From Camelus dromedarius (lineage: Eukaryota), in contig NC_087437.1 of assembly GCF_036321535.1 (NCBI RefSeq), positions 42,844,001-42,908,000 on the forward strand: a stretch of DNA of 64,000 nt. Direction: 5' to 3'. The notes under the pieces are model-generated. The model was not told the origin of the DNA, made no database searches, and worked only from the letters and a program-made list of their open reading frames with translations. The position numbers and the translations under genes were made by a program. This document shows positions 13,296-25,224 of the stretch, in pieces; position 1 is the first letter of the stretch, and the number at the start of each line of letters is the position of its first letter.

Positions 13296-14328
13296 ACAGT
13301 TCCTAAGGCTCAGCTCTTTCCTCTGCTTATTAGGGGCTCAAGCAAAAATCTGTCACAAACTGCTATTCGACGCGCAATTTGTAACTATCAAATAATATTT
13401 CCTTTCATACACTTCCTTTTGTAAGTTATTGTGTCTGTCTGTAAGTTTGGCGGCACAGAAAAAATAATTCATTTTGTTATTATTTTTTCATTTTTATTCC
13501 TCAGATTTTGATTCTCTATAGTGGGCTAGAAACCGTTTTCTAAAAAGCTAAAATGAGGTCAGTGAAATACAAAGAGCTATGCATTTGAAAGGGTACCTTT
13601 AGCTAGGTATATATGCCAAGTTTGAACTAAAATTATAGCTTCTTTGACATTTCTATCAAGTGAAAATTTGGGGGAGCCTTAATTCTTATACTTTCTGTGC
13701 TTTAGTTTAAGGCTTATAGTAAGATAGTCCTAAAAATAGTGACTATTATGGGGTAAGTGTAACTTTTCAAGTTATATAGTGCTAGCTCTCTCTTGTTCTG
13801 GGTCCTAATTAGGTGAGGTATGACATTTTTTAAAATTTGTTTACTTTTGCTGTTTCTATAATTAAAGAGCTTGTATTCAAATTCTATACACTTTCTCTTT
13901 TATCTGTGCTATTATTTTTATAAGCCCCGAACTAAGGATGATTCTATCACGCACATATATGCTGATTTGGTCTTAATAGGTACAACCAAAATAAAGTTAA
14001 TATTTTTAAAGTCAGTGGAACAATCAAGTGAAAGGAATTACTTTTGGTGATAATGATCCTTCCAATATTTGTCAGGTAGCTTTAACAACTGAATTTATCT
14101 AAAACATTGCCTATATTGGCTCAGAAATACAAGAGGCATTAAACGTACATCAGATACCATGTTCTTGCTCTGGTCCACTGGAATTGATAGCAGCTGGCAG
14201 AAATATAGCACATATCAGTCATTAGTGTGAAGGCCAGGTCTGAGAAAAGACTCGGTAAAGAACATGCGTTTACAGAGAACAGTGAGAAATTACAAATAAT
14301 AGCCAAATGCAAGGGCAGTTTTCTACTA

Positions 14329-14562
14329 AACTTGACCCTTAAACAACATGGGTTTGAACTGCCTGGGTGCACTTACACACAGATCTTTTTCAGTGGTAAA
14401 TACTACGGAACTACAGGATCCTGGTTGGTTGACTTTGCAGATGTGGAACCACTGAGACAGAGGAACTGTGAATACGGAGGAACTGTGGATACAGACGGTT
14501 GACTCTAAGTTATACAAGAATTTTCGACTCCAGGGAGGGTCAGTACCCCAAGGGGTCAACTA
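14329..14562. mobile_element. Tigger2/MER8-like TcMar MITE
   Basis: TIRs aacttgaccctt / aggggtcaacta, flanked by TA at 14327-14328 and 14563-14564. Internal catgggtttgaactg...cacttac. Confidence 0.88.
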
Positions 14563-15224
14563 TATATGTCCCATACACATATCATTCCTTAAAGTCATAT
14601 GTAGGTAATAAAGAGCACCACTATCAATCCTGAAGTACGTATCTATATTCCTATGGATAAAACACCTAGGAGACATCTCTGAGATACCCAATTTTGTGCT
14701 ATACTGACATATTTTCTCTTAAACCAGTGATTGACTCATTTAACCAGTGTGCCTTTTTCCAGTCCTAAATAAGTCCTTTGACAACTCAAAACATACTTAA
14801 ATTAGTTTGGAAAATAAGAGGGTAAATATAATCATAATATATGAGCATTCTAACCTTAATGTATACTGTTCTAGTCTGTTAATAACAACTAATGACAACA
14901 TTCACCATCTGAATGAACAAAATATTGATTGCTTTGTTTTGACAATACAGGTACAAATATTACATCATACATGAATTAAATTTAGACAGAATCAACTATG
15001 GTGACTCAGAAAAGGAGAGAGAGAAAGGGATTTAAATAGTGTCAGGACCTGATATTTCACTCAATGAGTGTAAGTTCCGAGGACTGACTCCACTGTAGTT
15101 CAAACATAGTTTGTATTTAAGTAATGCAGCATATAAATACATAATTTTCAAGATTCTGTTAATGCATTTTTCTTTTTTGTTGTTGTAGAAAGAAAGAAGG
15201 CACTTTACTAGTATCTCATACTTA

Positions 15225-15380
15225 AATAGCACTATGTGCTAAACACTGTTTCTTATATGTATATGTATGTATGTGGTTCCAAAAATATGATGAATTAAGT
15301 GTTATTACTAGCACCCATTTTCAAGATGAAAAACCTGAGGTACAAAAGGATAAGTGTCTTGCCAAAGGCCATAGTATTTA
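15225..15380 (-). mobile_element. MIR
   Basis: cccattttcaagatgaaaaacctgaggtacaaaaggataagtgtcttgccaaagg. Confidence 0.65.
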
Positions 15381-15524
15381 TGTAAAAATTGACCACAACT
15401 CTAATATATTCCCTCTTAACTACTATACTTATTCAGTACACAAGTACATTCACATGTACATATTTACTATACAGCTGGGGTCTTGGCTTTCTAAAATTTA
15501 TGTATTTTAGAGGATTTATATGGT

Positions 15525-15893
15525 CATCTTACTTTGTGTTGCCATAACCGAATACCATAGACTGGGGGTCTTAAACAACAGAAATTTACTTCCTCACATG
15601 TATGGAGCCCGGGAAATCAGAGATCAATGTGCCAGCATGATTGGTTTCTTGTAAGGACCTTCTTCCTGGCTTATGGGTGACTACCTTCTTCCTGTGTCCT
15701 CAGATGGTGGAGAGAGAGAGAAGTCCTCTGGTGTCTCTTCTTATAAGAATACTAAACCCATCATGAGAGCTCCACCCTCATGATCTCATCTAAACCTAAT
15801 TATCTCCCAAAGGCCTCCTTTCCAAATACCATCACACTGGAGGTTAGGACTTCAACATCTGAATTTTTGGAGAACACTGTTCTGTTCATAGCA
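15525..15893 (-). mobile_element. MaLR solo LTR (MLT1A-like), complete
   Basis: gccataaccgaataccatagactggg...aaacaacagaaattta...cttataag...ttcaacat...catagca. Perfect 5-nt TSD atggt at 15520-15524 and 15894-15898. Confidence 0.92.
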
Positions 15894-16099
15894 ATGGTAG
15901 ATTGTAAACTTCTGAGTTCATGAACCATGTTTTGTTGATCTTCACATCCCCACGATATGGACTTAATTATATTTCAAAAATTGGCCTTGTTAACAGTTTT
16001 GGATAATCCCTGTCAAACCTTGAGGTCATCTACAATCATTTCCTATTTTTTTAATCTATGAAAAAAGTACCAGAATTAGCTTGAGTGGCTCTACCATGT

Positions 16100-16424
16100 G
16101 AGGTCTTAACCTCATAGTTCAGTATATCAGCGTCTGTACCAAACAATGAATAGAAAAGAAGTAAGGGGAAGCAAATGGTGCAACTGCAGTATCTCTTAAG
16201 GAATATTCCCGAAAGCTCTCACAAGCTGCTCCTCTTTGCATTCTCATCTCATCACATCTTGTCTCATCACATTAGCCAAACATAGTCACAGTGCTACAAC
16301 TAATAGCAAAGGAGACTGGGAAATGTGATCGTGATTCAGAGTGGCCATGTGCCCAGCTAAAACTTCTATTAATATGGACAAAGGGAGGAAATGGATATTG
16401 GGGGACAAGTGGGAGACTGCAACA
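16100..16424 (-). mobile_element. Old MaLR LTR (MLT1J-like) fragment
   Basis: tagtcaca...gcaaaggagactgggaaatgt...ggccatgtgcccagctaaaacttctatta...atggatattggg. Confidence 0.7.
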
Positions 16425-17544
16425 TGTCATTCCTGTGCTTCATACATACAGACAAATACAGGAAAAGAACGTGGTTATATGCATACTGTGAATTATAAAA
16501 TAATATATATTTTTTCTCATTGGACATTGCAAAGCTTCTCACTTTCAAAAAAGAGGCTGGTTGAAATTTACTAAGTACTTTAAAGCAATACTTGAAGAGA
16601 TAATAATCGTATTTAGAAAGAAACTCTTCCCTTTGTTTAATTTTAGGAACTGATTCCCAATTCCTGTTTTATGTTTCAAGAATTCTAGGGAGCATCTGTG
16701 TGGCAGTGGTTGAGACCATTCTTTGAGAATTTAACATTATTTGGTCCCCCAAAGCACCAAGCATATTGTAAATTTCAAGTGGCAGAGGAAGGTAGAGAGA
16801 GAGAGTTCCTTCAAGTTCGGAATGAATAAGAAACCAGAATATTTAATTCACTTATTCATCCATTCAAGGTCATCTTACTGAGTGACAACCTCTTGTTCTC
16901 TAGTTTAAAACCATTTATGTCTATGGTGTAGGTCATAGAAGCAACAGAGGGAATCTGAGATGAGTCACTTCAACATTTGAATATGTACACTGCCTGATAT
17001 AACTGAGTTGTAAAGACAATGGTAACACTTAGACAGTGTGTATTTTTAAAAGCATCTTTTTTACAAAAGTCTCAAAGCACTTTACATTTGAAACATTGAA
17101 AGCTCTAAAGAAAAAAGTTAGAAATCTGAAACAGTGGGAAGCATAAATCAATTTGGGAGTAATTACTTTAATTATTTCTAATAAAATCATTTTGTACCAA
17201 GTGAAAATAGTCTTAAGTTTTAAACATTCACTGAGGATTAAGAGTGGCAGGCTCAAGCCTTTATCTTCCTATAAAAAAAGAGCCCTATTATTCTATATTG
17301 AGTTAATAGACTTCTGTAGGTTTTTTTTGAGATAAAGTAAAGTATATAATTACTTAGAATAATCAAGAGGGACAGCCAAATCCATTTTTCTTAAGTGCAG
17401 TCACATTGCAATAATCGGAAACTGAAAATATGAATGACAAATTCCTTCCAATGGTCATAAATTTTGCATATGGTTCCAACCCAATATTTCTCTCCCTGAT
17501 GTAATAATGTCTACTTTCACTTATTTGAAATTATTCTTAGACTT

Positions 17545-17792
17545 GCAGTGGTTAAGAACACAGATTCTGGAGCCAATGTCAAATCCCAGCTCAAAAATTA
17601 TTAAGCTATGTCACCTTGGGTAATTTGCTAAACTTTCTGTCTGTGCCTCAATTTCCATCTCTATAAAATGGGAATGATAACAGTACCTATCTTATTGTGT
17701 TGTTGTCAGGATGAGATAAATTAGTATATTTAAAATATATAGAACAATGTCTGTCACATAATTAGTGTTATTTGAGTTTAGCTGGTATTATT
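17545..17792 (+). mobile_element. MIR (near full length)
   Basis: gcagtggttaagaacacagattctggagcca...ctgtgcctcaatttcc...taaaatgggaatgataacagtacct. Confidence 0.88.
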
Positions 17793-19659
17793 AGGTTCCT
17801 TCCAGCTCTAATATTTTGATTCTATTATCTCTATAATCTTCTTTATATGGAAGTACAAGCTATTAATAGATGCTTTGTGTTTTAGTGCATTTTATAAACA
17901 TTGACATCGTGTTGCAAATGATGTAACAGCTTATGATTTGTGATAGTTGTCTTAATAGAGCACCTTCTGAAAAGAGTGCTGCTTAACTAGAAAGCCTATT
18001 TTGGGATTGCAAGAGTCAGGTAGGATCCACAAGTGCAAGTATCTGTAACAAATACATCATTTTTCCCCCAACTTTAAATATATATGCGTGTGTGCGTATA
18101 TACATACATGATGCTCAGTGATGTGTAGATAGAAATTTCTAATTCCTCCTCAATGTAGAACTGGTGAAAATCTTTAGCCTGGAAGGAGGGCAGAAGAAAT
18201 CTCTCTCTTTGAGGACAGCCCCAATACATCTATCTGTCAGAGATTTTCTTCTCTTTGTGGGCAGTTCAGGTTTTCATTAAAATTTTGTATTGCTGCCTAA
18301 GGCATTCTTGTGCAGGTGTAAGCTGGGTATCTGTGTACTTGTAGCGAAACATTTAATCCTATATGCAAAAAACTTTTCAGCCACTCAGTCTGACATTGTT
18401 GAATATTAAAAATTTAAGGCAGAGACTTATTAATCTTTTTTCTGTTATTCTAGGTATTTCTGTGTTTAGGAAGGTTATCTTTTCCCTCAGGTGTCCTTTG
18501 AAATATTGGATGAAATCTGTTTTTTCCTTGGTTAGGATACCTGACTACAGAATATGGTAGTTCTCAGTTTTGATTATGAACCATGCAAGTGTATCACCTA
18601 TTCAAAAATTTTAATCAATAATTTAAAAATACAAAAAGAGATTAAAAGATATTTTCTAAATGAAGGACTTTGTCTTAATATGTAAGGCAGTTTTATTATA
18701 AAAATTAAATGAAGTGTTAATGAAAGTCTTCCCACCAGAGTTTTATTTTTAAATATTTTATTCTCATTTTCCCTGTAGTCCACACTACCATCAGTATATT
18801 CCCAAATTTAAAATTTTTAAATTCCATTGTATATGATAAACTTTTCTTCACTTTTATGTACATACTGTCATAAATCAACTGGGTGCTTAGGGTACAGGGT
18901 GGAAGCTTAACTTGATCTTCCATTCAGTGGTAGTAAAACTTGAAGGGTGCCAAATTCCCTCACAGTGAAAAATGGATCCCTATGAGGCTGACACAATGTC
19001 TGAAAATCTCACCATTAACATTGCTCCTTGAGGGCTTTGTGGAGACAAGCATTTTAATTAGGTTAAGGCATTATATTTCCTGGGTAAATCATTTGCTACC
19101 CAAACACAATAGCATGCATTTTTCCATCTTCTTAAAACTTATTAACACACAGCAGAACCCTGAGGAAATGATATGAGACAGAAAAGTGTACGTCTCAGAG
19201 AAATAAAGAGGTAGAGAAAGGTCAGATTCGTGAGAGTCGCCAGGTCCCAGTGGGCGTTTCTAGACCAAAGGGAGGAAGCACCATGAGATTTCAAGAATCT
19301 ATTGTAGTTTCTCCTAAGCTCTTTACCATATTATTTGAGTTAGAACTTTCTGTTTGTTTTCCATTTTTGTTTTTTGTTTTGTTGGTCTTAATAACTGACT
19401 AAGATAAGAGCCAGCCACATTTGATGTGACCTTTTATTGTCTCTGTGCTGGTTAGCCATGACCTCAAATTGAAATTCTACCTTAGTACTGCTGCAAAAAT
19501 TTGCTTTTGCTACGCATTTCTGAAAGTTACTGTGGACTATTTACTTAAAAAAACACAAAAACAAAAAAAATACAGTTGGGCAAGATGGTAATGACACAGC
19601 AATACATGAAACTCTGAAGATGAATGATAAATCAATTTTTTTTTAATGACTATTAAAAC

Positions 19660-20530
19660 GATACACTCTCACTTTTGGCTAGCTTAGCCGTTACGTATCC
19701 TAAAAATCCCCCATTTAAAACAAATAAAATAAAGTAAAACCATCAAAAATGTAAGAACTCAAGAAATTAAAGTACAAACAAAAACAAAACACACAAAAAC
19801 TGCAAAATGGCTGAAATCCAGAGGATTAACTTGATCCTGGAGTTGCAAAAGTCCTGGGGGACTTTTTTAACCTCTAAAATAAGAGATTTGCATTTTATCA
19901 ACTATGCAGAAATAGGAAACAAGCCCTTGGTTCCATGTAATTTGAGAATTGGGACTGAGCTCTTTATTTAAAGTGAAATTTTTAATGAGTTTCATCCTCC
20001 GTAAAGAGTAGACTAGTAAAATCTAACTTACCAACAAAGTAAGAAGACACGGAAACTTCTCTATCTTGCCTTGGGATCTAAGTGGAAAAAGAAAGTTTAT
20101 CTTGAGAAATGGTGCTTGAAGGCCAACTCTCATGCAGGTTTGGGTTTCAACATTATAGTATTTACATAATACATGTAATACTCTGGCACAGAAAACTCGA
20201 TGCTGAGAAATTAACAGGAAAGGTACCACACTGGCATTTGGGGTCACTGAGCAGAATAAAATAGGAATTCTTTCTGGAGGAATCACATCAGACTCAATGG
20301 GTTTTATCTCATGAATGTAAGATTGGTTGAATTTTGAAAAATCATTCAAGATAATTCACTATATTGAGAAAATTGCATGATCATATCAATTGACAAAGAG
20401 ATGTCATTTAACAAAATCCAACATCTCTTCATGATGGACACTCTTGGAAAATTAGGAATGGAAAGACACATGATAAACCTCATAAAAAGCATGTACAGAA
20501 AAGCTAAAGCTAACAAAATACTTAATGATT
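19660..20530 (+). mobile_element. Ancient L1/HAL1-like 5' region joined to an ORF2 RT fragment
   Basis: ORF 20377..20565 (MIISIDKEMSFNKIQHLFMMDTLGKLG) is the L1 RT motif MIISIDAEKAFDKIQH. The upstream part is only weakly assignable. Confidence 0.55.
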
Positions 20531-20590
20531 TGCATATTTTACTGCCATTGAAATGGACATTTTAAATATTTTTTGTGTATTGGTTTTATT

Positions 20591-21723
20591 TCTTTAGTAA
20601 GTTTTTAACTGAAATACATTTGACATAATGTGTAAAATTAAGATGTATGACATGTTGACTTGATACATTTATATGTTGTAATATGATTGCTGTTATAGTG
20701 ATAGCATCTCCATCACATCACATAATTATGTTTTTGTGATGGGAATAATTGAGATCTAGTCTCTTAGCAAGTTTGATGATTATAATACAATATCGTTACC
20801 TATATTCACTGTAATGTACATTAAATCTCCATGACTTGTCTATTAGTTGCAAGTTTGTGCCCTTAAATATTTTCTCACCTATACCCTCCCCTCCCAACTG
20901 CTGGTAAATATAATTTTACTTTTTGTTTTTATGAGTTTGGCTTTTTTAATTTTTAATTTTTATAATTTTTGAGGGGAAGGCAATTTGGCTTATTTATTTA
21001 TCTATTTTATTTGTTTAATGGAGGTACCAGGGATTGAACCCAGGACCTCTTGAATGCTAGCATGCTAAGCATGTGCTCTATCACTAAGCTATATCCTCCC
21101 TCCTCAAGTATGTCTTTTTTAGATTCCATACATAAGTGATATCATACACTGTTTATCTTCCTCTGTCTGATTTAACCTCTCAACATAATGCTCTCAAGTT
21201 CTATCCATGGTGTTGCAAATAACAAAATTTCCTTCTTTCTCATGGCTGAATACTATTCCATTGTACGCATATACCATAACATCTTTATCCATTCATCTGC
21301 TGACAGGCACTTAGATTGTTTCCATATCTTGGCTATTGTGAATAATGCTGCAGTAAACATGGGAGTCCATATATCTCTTCAATATCTTATTTTCATTTCC
21401 TTTGGGTATATATCTAGAAGTGGAATTGATGGATCCTGTGGAAGTTCTACTTTTAATTGTTAAGAAACCTCCATATTGTTTCCATAGTGACTGAACCAGT
21501 TTAAATTCCTACCAACAGTGTAGAAGGGTTCCCTATTCTCCACATCTTAGCCAATACTTGTTATCTATTGTCTTCTTGATGGTGGGCAAAGAAACTAAAT
21601 AGATGCTTTCCATCCAAATGACTAACAGGTACATGAAAAAATGTTCAATATCATTAATCATCAGGGAAATGGATATTAATATGACAATGAGATATCACCT
21701 CACACCTGTTAGAATGGCTATCA
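20591..21723 (-). mobile_element. L1MA-like 3' fragment with 5' inversion
   Basis: Antisense L1 3' UTR/ORF2 end runs to ~21582, then sense ORF2 (ORF 21603: [16 protein letters not shown]...[10 protein letters not shown]) to 21723. Confidence 0.88.
20948..21105 (-). mobile_element. tRNA-Ala-derived SINE (camelid vic-1 type) inserted in L1
   Basis: Minus strand reads gggaggatatagcttagtgatagagcacatgcttagcatg...gaggtcctgggttcaatccctggtacctcca (A and B boxes), then an AT-rich linker and an A tail. Degenerate TSD gagtttggctttttt (20933-20947) / aagtatgtctttttt (21106-21120). Confidence 0.88.
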
Positions 21724-22074
21724 GTGTAAGTTGTTTATTCATAATTTTTCATCCCCTTTTCAATTGGGAATTCCCATTTTTATTGCTTGATAAGAACCCC
21801 TTTTATTTATTTATTTACTGTTATATTTTGGAGTAACTGTTATAAGTTTATATATGTCTTCTTTATTATAAATCTTTTCCTCAGTATCTACTTTGCTTTT
21901 CAATATTTGCTTTTAGAAGTTTTAGCTGCTAAACTGTAGGTTTTTTAAATCTGTATGGCATTGATCTTTTCTTTATTTCACTTTCTTTTATTTTATCTTT
22001 AGAAAAATTGTTTCTCTCATAGAGTGTTTAGGTATTCAATGATTATTTATTCTACAGAGTGGGGAGAGTTAAAT

Positions 22075-22244
22075 CGTATACATTTATATAATACACATAA
22101 TTTAATATATAATAAATATACATATAAACATATATATTACATATATACATATGATACCTATATTATATATATATATTAATTGCTACTCAAGGAAGGAGAA
22201 AGAACAAAAGCTTTTGCTCTCTCTCCATGGTCTTTGTATCTCTT

Positions 22245-22289
<45 letters not shown>

Positions 22290-22450
22290 ACATATATATT
22301 TCCTTCTAAGTGAAAGAGATTTTTACATTGAACTTCAGAATAAATTGAAACTTTTATAATGAGCATTTCTCAAAGAGATAAAATTATATATATATATATG
22401 TGTATATATATAATTCACACACTTACAGGTATATACATGTACATACACAC
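22075..22450. repeat. TA-rich low-complexity region with pure (TA)n at ~22249-22288
   Basis: Read directly from the sequence. Confidence 0.9.
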
Positions 22451-22821
22451 AAACATAGATTCTAACATTATTTTGGTTTCAACATCATTTATTTACTGAA
22501 TAAAAGCACTTTTCATTTATTTGAAATGCTATCTTTATTATTTTGTTTTTCTACAATATATGATCTTTTGAGTATTTTTTGTTCTTTAGATATTTATATA
22601 CTTAAAGAACATTTAAAGCATCTTCCATATTGAATATACTTAGAAAGACATATGAAAATGAAGCATCATTTAAAGAATATAGAAGAAAGAATGAGAAAAA
22701 TTATTGTGCCAGAAAACTTGGGCAAAGTTATAGTTGTAGTTTAGTAGAAAAGCTAGATATTCAGATTAGGGCAGGAAAGAAAAAGTGTGGAGTTATATAC
22801 TTCTCATAGTAAACATAAAAG

Positions 22822-23040
22822 ATAATGTTAATTGAGTGTTCAGTATATGCAAGAGATTGTAAAGACATTACATGTACTATCTCATTGAATTCTAAAAAAA
22901 ATCCCAGGATCTCCTTTTCACAAATGAGGAAACGGAGACTTAAAAATTTAATTTCCCTTGTCAGAAAAAGTTGGGACTAAGCCTCGATTCCAAATCTGTC
23001 TGATTCCCAAGCTATCATCTTTACTGCTGTGCTATACTAC
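22822..23040 (-). mobile_element. MIR
   Basis: ttttcacaaatgaggaaacggagact...ccaaatctgtctgattcccaagc. Confidence 0.7.
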
Positions 23041-23919
23041 TTTTGTTAGATTAAAGAAAACATAAAAGTTTATCTAGTGAGACAAATACTCTCCTGTCCC
23101 TAAATCCTAGGTGAAATTTATTGTGTGGATGTTGACTAACAATGATGGATAATGTCTTCAACACATGTTTTACAGAAAATAGAGTAACATTTTGAAAATG
23201 GCCATTTCTTCTATCAGCTTTTGATAACAGCTCAGTTCATAACATTGAGTTATAACTTAGTGCAGGCATTTCTATGGCCAACAAGGCTGAGACAGCTCAG
23301 ATATGTTGCTATCTACGATCAGCTTTGTTCAGGAATGTATTTGTCTTAACGCCCATCATAGGGAGGGCCATAGAGAATCAGAAGAGGGGGCTTAATTTTT
23401 TCTAAATTACAGGCAAATGGCAGATTCTATTAGAGATGAAAATAAGTCATGCAGAAAAGTCAATGTGAGTTAGCAGTTACCTGTCCTCAAGATAACCAAG
23501 ATAGTTCCCTAAAGTAAGAATAGAATTGAGAACTGAAGCTGGATTGATTATTTGTCCTCTGCATGTGAAATTTTAAGAGCCATGTGGAGTTAAATTCAGT
23601 GGCAAGTCAAAAAATGCCAAGATTGAAGGGCTTCAGAAGCCTGATTTCACCTCTGTAACTGAGCACTCAGGAAGTGCTAGGCATAGAACATATGTTAAAT
23701 AAATATTTATGCAATAAATAAATGAATAATAACATGAAAGAAGGAATGCGTGATTTCCCAAGTACGTACTTTTTAAAAAAGAACTATGTGTGTATCTTCC
23801 CAGTCACTTTTGGGATCATATTTAAAACTTTGACAATATATGAAGATTTGATTTTGATTTAATTTTTGTTAATAACTTTCATTGACAGGAGTTTTTTTCT
23901 TCATTTAATAATGTAAATT

Positions 23920-24075
23920 ACATACAGGCACTGTAGTAAATTGTTCTTTGTAAATCATTTCAATAAATCTTCATCAAAACCATTGTTATTTAGATACTAT
24001 ATTTTCCTTTTGCAGATGAAAAAAATTAAGGCTCGGAGAGGTTAAGCATCTTGTCCAAGGTGACACAGCTGTGAG
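23920..24075 (-). mobile_element. MIR
   Basis: tttgcagatgaaaaaaattaaggctcggagaggttaagcatcttgtccaaggtgacacagct. Confidence 0.75.
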
Positions 24076-25224
24076 CAGCTAGAATTTTTGCCCTATCTTC
24101 CCAAGTCTATGCTCCATATGATTCTGTAAAACAAATATGGACCAATATTTTCTCCATTTTATGTCTTTGAGAAATGCTCATTATAAAAATTTAAAATTAT
24201 CCTAAAGTTTAAAGTAAATCTCTTTCACTTAGTGGGATACATGTATATTTGAGTGAGAGAGAAAGAGATACCAAGGCCAAGGGGAGAGAGCAAGAGATTT
24301 CCTTTTGTCCTTTCTCCTCTTCCCTTGAGTAGGAGCTGACTAGCACAGCTCAGAAGACTACATGAACTGAGCTACTTATAGTTTTTAAGGAGTAAATCAT
24401 ACGGCCGAGTAAAAAGGCGTTGCTGTATATATGTGTGATCTCTGATAACAAATGAGCACTCAACCCTACCCAGCATTCTATATTTCTGTATTATGCTCAC
24501 TCTCTATTCTCAGAAATGTCTCTTTTATTTTTCTCATTTTTCTGATTTGTTCAATCTCTACTCAGGTACCAAGCTATTACTGCCCCCCAGATAAGCTCAC
24601 ATTTTATAGAGGATACAAAGTGATTAGATCCACCACCAAATCTACCAGTGAACTTGGATCTGCTTCCATATTAGTTTTGTTGGGATTTCGTGAAGGATGA
24701 GCAGGACATTATGGCTTCCTGATTTTAAAATTAGCGAAAACATTTTTGTGGGTCCCTAAAACCATTTGTGAGCCCCTAAAACTGTTCCTACCGTGCTAAC
24801 GAGTAAGTAGGTGCTGAGAAAGAACCTGTCTCACTATCAAACACTAATCCTTCTTAATGCACTGGATTGCATATCCTCCCACCTGCTCAAAGAGCTTTCT
24901 ATTTTGGTTCCCTCTTCTCATTATATTAACCATTTTTAAAAATATTAGAATTTTTTGCACCCCACTCCCACTTAAATACTGGATTTTTGCCACCAGTATG
25001 AAAACAAATTTTAATGTCTTCTAGTTTCAAAGAACAAATAGAACATTTATTCATTATTTTCCACCTTTTGCTAACCTCTGTCTCTACTCTCATCTAAAGA
25101 TAAACTTCTCTCACTTCTGTCTTTCTTTGAGATTAATCAAACATTTTTATAATAATTGTTTTCTTCTATTAATTTATAGTAATGCATTGTTCTTTTAATT
25201 GTTATCCAAGGGAGTTACACTGCC

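Noticed and set aside
21015..21105. tRNA-Ala gene
   Set aside because: It has a SINE linker, an A tail, a TSD and an internal duplication, so it is a SINE.
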